This document shows, piece by piece, positions 31,238 to 40,235 of a stretch of 64,000 nt of DNA. Positions within the stretch are counted from its first letter, which is position 1. Each line of letters starts with the position of its first letter. The notes beneath the pieces were generated by a model. That model saw only the letters and a program-made list of their open reading frames with translations. It was not told the DNA's origin and did not search any database. The translations under genes and the position numbers were made by a program. The DNA is from Gloeothece citriformis PCC 7424 (GTDB taxonomy: Bacteria; Cyanobacteriota; Cyanobacteriia; Cyanobacteriales; Microcystaceae), in assembly GCF_000021825.1 (NCBI RefSeq), contig NC_011729.1:1698919-1762918 (forward strand). The letters run 5' to 3'.

Positions 31238-32824
31238 TTACTGCCGATTAATGCGAATCAATTCAGTCAAAATACTATCTAAACTGCCGTTGACTTGAAT
31301 GCGATCGATTTTTTCAGCAATACGTTCTAAAACCTCTAATTCTTTCAAACGCAATGCTACTGGGTTATCCTCCATCACTTTCGCTGTATTCAACATACTA
31401 CGAGTGGCGGCGGTTTCTTCCCTACGTCTGACTACGTTAGCTTGAGCCGCTTTTTCGGCTTCTACTACTTTACTCAAAATAGTCTTAATTTCCCCAGGTA
31501 AAATAATATCTTTTACCCCTACAGAATCTATCTCTATGCCATAATCTGCGGTTTTAGCGCGAATATAGTCGGCTACACTTTGATCAATTGCTCCTTTATC
31601 CTCTAATAAAGCATCTAAGGTTTTTTCCCCTACTGCCGCCCGTAAAGCAAACTGTAATTCTTTGTATAAAAACCCAGAAATATCGGATAAACCGTTTTTT
31701 GCTCTGAGGGCATTTTGAATGCGGAAACCGGCAGTTAAATTTAAGCGCAAAGGAACTTTATCTTTTGAGAGAATATCTTGACCGGATACTTCGATCGTTT
31801 GCAAACGTAAATCAATTACTTCAGTTTGAAATGAGCGTCTAAATACCCACCAAGCGTGTATTCCTGGCTCTAATTGGGTTTGATATTCTTGATTAACGTA
31901 TAATAACCCTACGTGCTGGGCTGGAACTTCTCGAATATGCAAACTATTGTGACTTAAAGATAAAACATCTTTAGAGGCGGTCACTAATTCGGCTACTAAA
32001 TTAGGCGATAATTTCCCCTCGTTACTAATGTCAATTATTTCTACTTGAACCCCTTGCCAGAATAATTTGCGACTGGTGGGCGGCAAAATAGAAATAACTT
32101 TTCCTAAATAGCGGATAATGGCTACTTGATTATTTTCTAAGTGAACGGTTTCGCAATAGGTTTGAACAAAGTCCGGATGTTTTTCAATTAAAACATCTTC
32201 TAAGGGAAAATCTGGGTTAGGAATAATACGACTAAGAGTCCGCACTGCCACGTCTCTATTAACCACCCAAAAGCCATATTCTCCCGGTTCAAGAGGTCGA
32301 ACAAAATTATTTTGGACATATAATAATCCCATTTCATACTCTGAAATTTGAAATTTTTTCAGTCCATTTAAAGCGATGCCGCGCACTTGCTCGACAAATT
32401 GAGCCGGCAATTCTAAACTTTCTTCTAAGTTGAAAAGATGGAATTCTACCTCAATAAAACCCCGCCAAAATGCCCGAAGTTGATTAGGTGGAACGCTGAT
32501 CCAGTTTTGACCGTAGCGTACTAAAGCAACTTGATTAAAAGCTGTTCTGACAATTAATAGCTTTTCATTCAGTTCGGCGGCGTGAGTAAGTAACAATAAT
32601 TCTAAATTTTCAATCTTGGCTTCTGGCTGATTAAGATCATAAGTTATAACTCGCCAATGACGACCAAAATAAGTGTAAGTTCCAGGTGATAAAATTTTCT
32701 TAAAGTCGCTACGATTGTATAAAATTCCGATTTCGTTGGGTTTAATATAGAAGGTTTTTAACATAGAAATTGTTATTGATAGTTTGGGCAACTTTACCCA
32801 CCGCAGAAGTCTAGATAAAAACAT
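31238..32824 (-). CDS. SPFH/band-7 domain protein with three tandem N-terminal modules
   Basis: C-terminal band-7 and coiled-coil region (ILPGEIKTILSKVVEAEKAAQA). The N-terminus carries three ~100-aa repeats each starting (L/I)GLLYVxNxF. Confidence 0.7.
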   Translation of the reverse strand: MFLSRLLRWVKLPKLSITISMLKTFYIKPNEIGILYNRSDFKKILSPGTYTYFGRHWRVITYDLNQPEAKIENLELLLLTHAAELNEKLLIVRTAFNQVALVRYGQNWISVPPNQLRAFWRGFIEVEFHLFNLEESLELPAQFVEQVRGIALNGLKKFQISEYEMGLLYVQNNFVRPLEPGEYGFWVVNRDVAVRTLSRIIPNPDFPLEDVLIEKHPDFVQTYCETVHLENNQVAIIRYLGKVISILPPTSRKLFWQGVQVEIIDISNEGKLSPNLVAELVTASKDVLSLSHNSLHIREVPAQHVGLLYVNQEYQTQLEPGIHAWWVFRRSFQTEVIDLRLQTIEVSGQDILSKDKVPLRLNLTAGFRIQNALRAKNGLSDISGFLYKELQFALRAAVGEKTLDALLEDKGAIDQSVADYIRAKTADYGIEIDSVGVKDIILPGEIKTILSKVVEAEKAAQANVVRRREETAATRSMLNTAKVMEDNPVALRLKELEVLERIAEKIDRIQVNGSLDSILTELIRINRQ

Positions 32825-33394
32825 AGGTTTTTTTGACAGCCAGAGAAAGACTTACATGAAGCCTGAAGCTATAGGAACTAAGCCTGCCTACGCAGGTTCA
32901 AAGCCTAAAAAATTCTGTGATTAACTACTTTTTAGGGCTAGAGTATTTAAAATGAAACCGCCCTGCTAACAAAATTACCTCTCTCTTTATACTACATATA
33001 ATACATATAATACATCTTTTTTTTGACTCTGGCAATACAGAGGTTAACAGTTCAGGTGCGGGCAAAAGTTTCTCCAAAACTGGATTAAGATGGCTGAATT
33101 CTTTGGCCAAATGACCCGAAGGCATCCGATAAAAGTCAAAAACCCTCAAATACGCCGTTCAGTTAACCATTTCCCTCAATTTCCTGAGAAAAAGGGGATT
33201 TAGAAAACGAAGGGACATACTCAAGTTAGGGAGAGTTGCTTTTGCGCTAGCTCCTTGACTGTAATAAACCATCTGCATGACAGAGTAATCAACGAAAACA
33301 CATTTAACGCGGGTTTGTCACCCATTACTAACTGTTTCTATGAGAAACGCCTTGTCCCTAACAAGGTGTCCTTACCCAGGACTTGGGGGTTTTT

Positions 33395-33470
33395 TGGTTG
33401 AAAGTATAGGATTTGAACCTATTCCCTATGGGGGATACACCCATCGCTCTACCAAATGAGCTAACTTCCG
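33395..33470 (-). tRNA. tRNA-like gene (cloverleaf with atypical anticodon loop; identity unresolved)
   Basis: Hand folding gives a D-arm GCUC/GAGC, a T-arm AUAGG-UUCAAAU-CCUAU and an encoded CCA. The acceptor has a C1·A72 mismatch and the anticodon stem has three G-C pairs, both initiator-like. The loop reads UGUAUCC, which is not canonical. Confidence 0.4.
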
Positions 33471-33471
33471 G

Positions 33472-33542
33472 AGTTTGATACAGGACTCGAACCTGCAACA
33501 ACCCGCTTTAGGCAGGTACTCTAACCCTTGAGTTAATCAAAC
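33472..33542 (-). tRNA. tRNA-like gene immediately upstream of the previous one; anticodon arm atypical (possible UAA anticodon)
   Basis: Perfect 7-bp acceptor (GUUUGAU/AUCAAAC), D-arm ACUC/GAGU and T-arm GCAGG-UUCGAGU-CCUGU. Only 21 nt lie between the D and T stems. The best fold is ACCUG-CCUAAAG-CGGGU, which places C at position 33. Confidence 0.5.
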
Positions 33543-34335
33543 AATGAAATAGTTAAAGCAACAGGGGCGGTACACGAGCATACTACAAGTAGACGTGCCA
33601 GTTGGGTATTCAGAACCCATACTACAGCTTTGTAACTTTCTGACTACTTCAGTTTTAATTTAGCACAAGAATACGAATATTGACGACCGAAAGATTACGG
33701 CTCGTATTTGTGCTTAATTCGCTCCACCGAGGCTAAAAATTCCGCACCTTTGCCAGGATTTTTCATTTCCCCAAGTTCAAAGGCTAATTGTTTGCTCATC
33801 ATTTGACTTTTGCGATCGCTCAACCGATTAAATTGTTCACTTCCCTTGCCATCGTCTCTAACAATCGTTACACTTTTTTAAATAAAATTTATCTTATGGG
33901 TTGGCCGTGGGCAAGAGCCAAAAACCTCTAATTCAGACTTAGAGTAAGGCCGACCGAATGATAAGATACAGAGAACAAAACCTTTGTCAACAGCAACCCG
34001 CTAGAAATAGAGGGTTAGGGCTAAAATCCTACGGGCGCGTTGGCAAGTGATGAAAAAATCACCCCGATGAGTCCTTAAAACTCATAACGGTTAACAGGGG
34101 AATTGCCCGAAAACCGATAAGCGATAACTTTGGTTGGCTCTCGGTTTAGAAAAAATCCTAGACGATAACTGTTAAGTTGTGTGTAGGAGAACAGTTTAGG
34201 GGATAATAGATCAAGTTTGACCTTCTCTAATTGGTTCAATTTGAATTTTAGATAAGGCGATATCTATAATCCAACATAACGTTAACAAAAAAGCGTAGCA
34301 GTAGACAGTAACAATCAATAGGAGGAGCGTAGTCA

Positions 34336-35862
34336 ATGGGACTACCTTGGTATCGAGTCCACACAGTGGTTCTGAATGACCCAGGACGTTTGATCTCTGT
34401 TCACCTGATGCACACCGCTCTGGTAGCGGGTTGGGCAGGTTCTATGGCTCTGTATGAGCTAGCACTATTTGATCCCAGCGATCCCGTTCTTAACCCGATG
34501 TGGCGACAAGGGATGTTCGTACTTCCCTTTATGGCGCGTTTGGGAGTAACTGGATCTTGGGGTGGCTGGAGCGTCACCGGTGAAACTGGTGTAAACCCTG
34601 GTTTCTGGTCTTTTGAAGGGGTTGCTGCGGCTCACATCGTTTTATCTGGGTTGTTATTCTTAGCAGCCGTTTGGCACTGGGTTTACTGGGATCTAGAACT
34701 CTTCGTTGATCCTCGTACTGGTGAACCCGCTCTTGACTTACCGAAGATGTTCGGTATTCACTTGTTCTTATCTGGTCTTCTTTGCTTTGGGTTTGGTGCT
34801 TTCCACCTGACAGGGTTATGGGGCCCAGGAATGTGGGTGTCGGATGCCTACGGGTTGACGGGTCACGTTCAACCGGTTGCCCCAGAATGGGGGCCAGCCG
34901 GGTTTAACCCCTTTAACCCCGGTGGAGTTGTGGCACACCACATTGCAGCCGGTATTGTTGGTATTATTGCTGGTCTATTCCATTTGACGGTTCGTCCCCC
35001 AGAGCGTCTCTATAAAGCTCTGAGAATGGGGAATATTGAAACCGTTCTCTCTAGCAGTATTGCTGCGGTATTCTTTGCTGCTTTTGTGGTAGCGGGAACA
35101 ATGTGGTACGGAAACGCCACCACCCCGATCGAATTATTTGGCCCTACCCGTTATCAATGGGATCAAGGCTACTTTAAGCAAGAAATTCAGCGCCGAGTAC
35201 AAACCAGTCTGGCTCAGGGAGATAGCTTGTCTGAAGCTTGGTCAAAAATTCCTGAAAAGTTAGCTTTCTATGATTATGTGGGTAACAGTCCGGCAAAAGG
35301 CGGTTTATTCCGTACTGGTGCTATGGATAGCGGAGACGGTATCGCTCAAGCTTGGCTTGGACATCCCGTATTTACCGATAAAGATGGTCGGGTATTAACC
35401 GTCCGTCGGATGCCTAACTTCTTTGAAACTTTCCCCGTTGTTTTAGCTGATGCTGAAGGGGTAATTCGCGCTGATATTCCTTTCCGTCGTGCTGAGTCTA
35501 AACTCTCTGTTGAGCAAACTGGAGTAACCGTTAGCTTCTACGGTGGTGCATTAGATGGACAAACCTTTGACAACCCTGCTGATGTTAAAGTGTTTGCTCG
35601 TAAGGCTCAATTAGGTGAACCCTTCGACTTTGACCGGGAAACCTTAAACTCTGATGGGGTATTCCGTACTTCTCCCAGAGGTTGGTTTACTTTTGGTCAT
35701 GCTTGTTTTGCCCTTCTGTTCTTCTTCGGTCATATTTGGCATGGTTCTCGTACTCTGTTCCGAGATGTATTTGCTGGTATTGATCCGGATCTTGAGGAAC
35801 AAGTTGAATTCGGTGTGTTTGCTAAAGTGGGTGACTTGAGTACCCGTAAAGAAACCGCCTAG
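34336..35862 (+). CDS. psbB: Photosystem II CP47 chlorophyll apoprotein
   Basis: [43 protein letters not shown]… is an unmistakable full-length CP47. Confidence 0.97.
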   Translation: MGLPWYRVHTVVLNDPGRLISVHLMHTALVAGWAGSMALYELALFDPSDPVLNPMWRQGMFVLPFMARLGVTGSWGGWSVTGETGVNPGFWSFEGVAAAHIVLSGLLFLAAVWHWVYWDLELFVDPRTGEPALDLPKMFGIHLFLSGLLCFGFGAFHLTGLWGPGMWVSDAYGLTGHVQPVAPEWGPAGFNPFNPGGVVAHHIAAGIVGIIAGLFHLTVRPPERLYKALRMGNIETVLSSSIAAVFFAAFVVAGTMWYGNATTPIELFGPTRYQWDQGYFKQEIQRRVQTSLAQGDSLSEAWSKIPEKLAFYDYVGNSPAKGGLFRTGAMDSGDGIAQAWLGHPVFTDKDGRVLTVRRMPNFFETFPVVLADAEGVIRADIPFRRAESKLSVEQTGVTVSFYGGALDGQTFDNPADVKVFARKAQLGEPFDFDRETLNSDGVFRTSPRGWFTFGHACFALLFFFGHIWHGSRTLFRDVFAGIDPDLEEQVEFGVFAKVGDLSTRKETA

Positions 35863-35904
35863 GGCAAATAGCATACTTCATTAATTTTGTCAACTGAAAT
35901 TTTA

Positions 35905-35938
35905 AGACGGAGGGAGTTCTATCCTTCCGTTTTTTTGT
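35905..35938 (+). terminator. Rho-independent terminator after psbB
   Basis: Stem gacggaggga…tccttccgt followed by TTTTTTTG. Confidence 0.7.
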
Positions 35939-35940
35939 GT

Positions 35941-36040
35941 TATGGCAGGAGGCAGGGGGCAGGAGGCAGGAGGCAGGGGGAAAGGCTTAAGCCGTTATTA
36001 GTTTTCTTCAAAAATGATGATTTGTGCCAGAGGTCTAATG
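35941..36040. repeat. G-rich tandem array (GCAGGRGG)n plus a conserved ~45-bp box (family 7)
   Basis: caggaggcagggggcaggaggcaggaggcaggggg … ttattagttttcttcaaaaatgatgatttgtgccagaggtctaatg. A paralogous block lies at 43730-43830. Confidence 0.65.
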
Positions 36041-36083
36041 TAAATTACTAGAAGATTAACTATAATCATCAATTAAAAGCACC

Positions 36084-36668
36084 ATGAGCAATAAAAGAAA
36101 ACTTTTAATTCAATGGTTTATCGGTAATTGGTTAACTATAGCAGTCCCTCCTGCCCTATTGTGGGGAATATTTTGGGCTTATACTTTTTTTATCGGTATT
36201 GGGTTGATAGGAATTCTTTCGGGTTTCATTCAAGCCCTAATTTTAAAAAGAATATTACCCAGAAGTTATCTATGGGCAGGAGTAACAACTGTCGCTTGGT
36301 TTGCGGGTTTGTGGCTTGGAATTTGGGGAAGTTCAGCTATCAATTTAAACTCAGAATTAGAGTTTTTTTTAATAACAGGAATTATTGCTATTGTAATCGG
36401 AGTTGCCCAAGGCTTTTTATTAATGATATTTCAGTTAAATGGGTTTAGGTGGATGATTGTAACTATCGGTGGAGTGGCTTTAGGAATGTGGATTTTTCCT
36501 TTTGTCTTAACTTCCATTAGTTTTAGTGCTGATCTCGGAATATTAGGGGCAATGGGACAATTTTTAGGGTATAGTATGAGTGCCTTAATTTATAGTATTT
36601 TGACTACAATTGCTTTAGCCAAATTTCCCTCAGAATTATTTTCTAGAAGAAAAAATACAGAGGATTAA
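36084..36668 (+). CDS. Integral membrane protein, hypothetical (~6 TM)
   Basis: Hydrophobic profile only. Confidence 0.45.
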   Translation: MSNKRKLLIQWFIGNWLTIAVPPALLWGIFWAYTFFIGIGLIGILSGFIQALILKRILPRSYLWAGVTTVAWFAGLWLGIWGSSAINLNSELEFFLITGIIAIVIGVAQGFLLMIFQLNGFRWMIVTIGGVALGMWIFPFVLTSISFSADLGILGAMGQFLGYSMSALIYSILTTIALAKFPSELFSRRKNTED

Positions 36669-36694
36669 TCTTTTATTGTTGCTCATAAGAGAGA

Positions 36695-37033
36695 TTATAT
36701 AGCCTCTAGATTAGTTTCTCCGGTTCTAATTCTCACGATTTCGGAAACTGAAGAAATAAAAATTTTCCCATCTCCAACTTCCCCAGTTTGAGCCGAATTT
36801 ACTAAAGCATCTATAATGGGACTGAGTTGATCATCATTGACGACGACTTCTACTTTAAGACGAGATTGAAAATCAACAGAATAGACTACTCCTCGATACT
36901 GTTCTTCTAACCCTTTTTGTCGTCCAAATTGCCGAAGTTCACTAATCGTCATCCCGATCACTCCTCGGCTAAGGATCGCGGTTTTTACTTCTTCTAATTT
37001 GTGAGAACGGATGATGGCTTCGATTTTTTTCAT
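36695..37033 (-). CDS. glnB: PII-family signal-transduction protein (GlnB-like, divergent T-loop)
   Basis: MKKIEAIIR…GDGKIF…RIRTGE core is present. The T-loop reads QFGRQKGLEEQYRGVVYSVDF, with V in place of the cyanobacterial S49. Confidence 0.75.
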   Translation of the reverse strand: MKKIEAIIRSHKLEEVKTAILSRGVIGMTISELRQFGRQKGLEEQYRGVVYSVDFQSRLKVEVVVNDDQLSPIIDALVNSAQTGEVGDGKIFISSVSEIVRIRTGETNLEAI

Positions 37034-37053
37034 GACTTTTATTACTTTTATTT

Positions 37054-37542
37054 TTATCGAGTCAGTTTAATTAACACTTCTTTAACTTCTGGCGGTAATT
37101 GACGCATAATTTTCCCTTTAGCTGCATCGATCGCCACTAAAGTCACTCGTCCACTGACATATAATTGTTGAGCGTCAGGAGATTGTATTTTGTAATCCCA
37201 ATTGATTTTAACTCCGGCGATTTCATCCATACGAGTTTTGACTATTCCTTCTTCTCCTAATTTTAAAGAACTATGATACCGTAAGGACAATTCTACAACC
37301 GGTAATACACATCCCATCTTAACTAAATCAGCATAATTAATTCCCATTGAGCGTAAACATTCTACTCGCGCTTCTTCCATCCAAGTAATATACGTTCCAT
37401 GCCAGACTACTCCTTCATAGTCGGTGTGATGGGGTTGCACCCGGATAGGATATTCAAACCAGTTTTCTGTAGATACTCTTAACCCGTTATCGGTTGAGAG
37501 GGCTGTTGTTGGGGGTAATTGGGGGGGTGTTTGTTCAGACAA
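37054..37542 (-). CDS. Hotdog-fold acyl-CoA thioesterase (YbgC/4HBT-like)
   Basis: Hotdog-fold pattern in the N-terminal third. It is probably co-transcribed with the PII gene, 20 bp upstream of it. Confidence 0.65.
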   Translation of the reverse strand: MSEQTPPQLPPTTALSTDNGLRVSTENWFEYPIRVQPHHTDYEGVVWHGTYITWMEEARVECLRSMGINYADLVKMGCVLPVVELSLRYHSSLKLGEEGIVKTRMDEIAGVKINWDYKIQSPDAQQLYVSGRVTLVAIDAAKGKIMRQLPPEVKEVLIKLTR

Positions 37543-37722
37543 GGTATTTCCTGATTAAGCGATCTATTTTTACCGGATTTATTTTAACTTAATCTTTTTC
37601 TCTTGAGAGAGCGATCGATAAACCAGTTAAAAATGATTTGCAGCATAAGATGAAATTATGTTTCATTAATTATAGTTAATCTGTGAGTAAACTAGAATTC
37701 CTGCTGTTACTTTGAACAAAAA

Positions 37723-38406
37723 ATGAAAAGACCTCATACTATCCTAATTTTAGCCATGACAGCCGATGGAAAAATTGCCGATCGCTCTCGCTCTGCGGCT
37801 CGGTTTGGCTCTGCTGCTGATAAAATCCATCTAGAAAAGCAAATATCTTTAGTTGACGGAGTTCTATTTGGTGCGGGAACTCTTCGCGCTTATCAGACTA
37901 GCTTACTTATTTGTAACCCTGATTTTTTGCAATGGCGACACCAACAAAATAAACCCCCTCAACCTGTCCATCTTGTCTGTTCTGCGTCAGGAAACCTTGA
38001 CCCAAATTGGCGCTTTTTTGAGCAATCTTTCCCTCGTTGGTTAGTTACCACTTCAACGGGGGCAAAGGTTTGGCAAAGTAAAAATTTTCAGGGATTTGAC
38101 AGAATTTTAAGGGGCGATGAGGAAGATAATTCTATTAATTGGTGTACCGTTTTTGAACAATTAATAAGCCTAAATATACAAACTTTAGCTATTCTTGGGG
38201 GAGGTGAATTAGTCGCCTCATTACTTGAAGATCAATTAATCGATGAATTTTATTTAACCTTATGTCCGCTCATTTTAGGGGGTAAAGATGCCCCCACTCC
38301 TGTAGAAGGGTTAGGATTTCTCTCTCAACAGGCGCAAGAGCTAGAATTATTGAGCTTTCATCAGGTAGAAGGGGAATTTTTTTTACATTATCGTCTGCAC
38401 CGTTAA
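37723..38406 (+). CDS. RibD C-terminal-domain / dihydrofolate-reductase-like reductase
   Basis: ILAMTADGKIA…LRAYQ N-terminus and a LILGGK C-terminal motif. Confidence 0.7.
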   Translation: MKRPHTILILAMTADGKIADRSRSAARFGSAADKIHLEKQISLVDGVLFGAGTLRAYQTSLLICNPDFLQWRHQQNKPPQPVHLVCSASGNLDPNWRFFEQSFPRWLVTTSTGAKVWQSKNFQGFDRILRGDEEDNSINWCTVFEQLISLNIQTLAILGGGELVASLLEDQLIDEFYLTLCPLILGGKDAPTPVEGLGFLSQQAQELELLSFHQVEGEFFLHYRLHR

Positions 38407-38454
38407 GCTAGATTGCGTTACCCTGATTAAAAATAAGTTTTAATTAAAATTCCT

Positions 38455-39645
38455 ATGTTTGGGCAAGTAAAGCCAGAATATTCTATCGCTTGGATTCAAA
38501 AAATTGCAGAAATTCCTCAATCAGAATGGGATGCTTTGGCGCAACCGTTGGCTACTCCTTTTTTGGAATGGGAATGGCTTCATAATATTGAAACTTCTGG
38601 CAGTGCTACCGCACGCACCGGTTGGCAACCCTGTCATTTAACGGTATGGCGCGATCGCCAATTAATTGGGGCTGCTCCTTTATATATTAAAGGTCACAGT
38701 TATGGAGAATTTGTTTTTGATCATCAATGGGCGGATTTATCCCATCGTTTGGGGATAGACTATTATCCTAAGTTATTGGGGATGACTCCCTTTACTCCGG
38801 CGGTGGGATATCGCTTTTTAATTGCTCCTGGGGAAGATGAGGAGGCAATTACTGAGTTAATGGTGGCCGCTATTGACCATTTTTGCGATCGCAATCATCT
38901 TTCGGGGTGTCATTTTTTATTTGTAGATCCAGATTGGCGGATGATGATGGAGGGTTTTGGCTTTAGTAGTTGGTTACATCATAGTTATATTTGGACGAAT
39001 AAAGGATTTAATAGTTTTGAGGATTATTTAGCGGTTTTTAATGCCAATCAACGCCGAAATATTAAACGGGAAAGAAAGGCAGTTACTCAAGCTGAATTAA
39101 TCGTTAAAACTTTGGTAGGGGAAGAAATTCCTCATCATTTATTCCCGTTAATTTATACCTTTTATAGTAGTACCTGTGATAAGTTTTATTGGGGGAGTAA
39201 GTATCTAACTCGGAAGTTTTTTGAACAATTATATCCGAAGTATCGCCATCGAGTTGTTTTAATGGCGGCTTATCAAAATGAAACGGATAAAAAGCCTGTC
39301 GGATTGTCTTTTTGTTTACGGAAAGGAGATAATCTGTATGGGCGATATTGGGGCTGTTTACAAGAATTTGATTGCTTACATTTTGAGGCTTGTTATTATA
39401 AACCTATCGAGTGGGCAATCGGCGAAAAAATACAAATGTTTGATCCGGGGGCAGGAGGAAGACATAAACGAAGACGAGGGTTTCCGGCTATGGCTAATCA
39501 TAGTTTACATCGTTTTTATCATCCGAAAATGGTTCAAATTCTTAAGCATTATATTGTCGAAATTAATGGGATGGAACAGCAAGAAATTGATGCTATTAAT
39601 GAGGATTTACCCTTTACTAAACGAGAAATTGAGTTTAAAATTTAG
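38455..39645 (+). CDS. COG3146-type N-acyltransferase (GNAT-like, FemAB/BioF2-like)
   Basis: ~400 aa with the conserved PFLEWEWLHNIE…GSKYL pattern of the family. Confidence 0.65.
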   Translation: MFGQVKPEYSIAWIQKIAEIPQSEWDALAQPLATPFLEWEWLHNIETSGSATARTGWQPCHLTVWRDRQLIGAAPLYIKGHSYGEFVFDHQWADLSHRLGIDYYPKLLGMTPFTPAVGYRFLIAPGEDEEAITELMVAAIDHFCDRNHLSGCHFLFVDPDWRMMMEGFGFSSWLHHSYIWTNKGFNSFEDYLAVFNANQRRNIKRERKAVTQAELIVKTLVGEEIPHHLFPLIYTFYSSTCDKFYWGSKYLTRKFFEQLYPKYRHRVVLMAAYQNETDKKPVGLSFCLRKGDNLYGRYWGCLQEFDCLHFEACYYKPIEWAIGEKIQMFDPGAGGRHKRRRGFPAMANHSLHRFYHPKMVQILKHYIVEINGMEQQEIDAINEDLPFTKREIEFKI

Positions 39646-39785
39646 GCTTAAGGAATCGGATATTAATCAAGTAATACCAATTCTCTATAACGTTGCATTT
39701 AATAGATCCCCCCAACCCCCCTTATCAAGGGGGGCTTTAAAGAAAAATAAATTGCATTATTAAGGAGAATTGGTATAACGCTATT

Positions 39786-39860
39786 TGTAGGGTGGGCATC
39801 GCCCACCTTAACTGGGGAATTAGGGCTTTTTCTTGTCTTCGTGCGTAACTCCTAAATACT
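39786..39860. repeat. Family-2 hairpin plus a ~50-bp conserved tail
   Basis: tgtagggtgggcatcgcccaccttaactggggaattagggctttttcttgtcttcgtgcgtaactcctaaatac. It is near-identical to the copy at 56932-57000. Confidence 0.75.
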
Positions 39861-40015
39861 TGCCTTTTAAGTATCTGGACATAAATAAAGTTTGCTATAT
39901 TAACTTTTGTAAATAGTAAAGTTCGCTTTACTCTGTAACGGTTTCGTCGGGATGGTGGGCGCTTGGCCTCCCTACAATATAATATGAAATCCGTTTGAAT
40001 CCTATACTTAAGAGT

Positions 40016-40062
40016 GAGGGGAGCAGGGGGAGCAGGGGAGCAGGGGGAGCAAGAGGGGAGCA
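40016..40062. repeat. G-rich tandem array (GGGGAGCAG)n
   Basis: gggagcagggggagcaggggagcagggggagcaagaggggagcag. Confidence 0.6.
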
Positions 40063-40200
40063 GTCATTATTTTAATGATGGCTAATTAGGCGGATTTCAT
40101 ATAATTATGTCCGGGTACTTACCTAGTCTCATAGTTAATTAGGTGGATAGTAATAAAGTAACAATAAAGAAATAAATTTGAGTTGCCTTCGAGCAACAAC

Positions 40201-40228
40201 TAGGGAGGGCTAAAGCCCTACTACGAAC
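40201..40228. repeat. Repeat family 3 copy
   Basis: tagggagggctaaagccctactacgaa. Confidence 0.6.
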
Positions 40229-40235
40229 TGTTTAA

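Noticed and set aside
32925-33149. 74-aa minus-strand ORF in the tRNA-upstream spacer
   Set aside because: No ribosome-binding site and no motif. The region is repeat-rich (TACATATAA repeats). It is probably non-coding.
33719-33826. 35-aa minus-strand mini-ORF (MMSKQLAFELGEMKNPGKGAEFLASVERIKHKYEP) in the long psbB upstream region
   Set aside because: Too short to support from sequence alone. The region is more likely psbB 5'-UTR or promoter sequence. It is flagged only as a possibility.
35863-36083. psbT expected downstream of psbB
   Set aside because: No small hydrophobic ORF resembling PsbT follows psbB. Only a terminator and the repeat block are present.
36128-36448. 106-aa ORF overlapping the membrane-protein gene at 36084-36668
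   Set aside because: Same-strand alternative frame with no features. The long hydrophobic ORF is the plausible gene.
39278-39763. 161-aa ORF overlapping the 3' end of the N-acyltransferase gene
   Set aside because: It is in an alternative frame of a well-supported gene and runs into an AT-rich intergenic region. It is low-complexity (K/I/L-rich) with no motif, so it is probably spurious.
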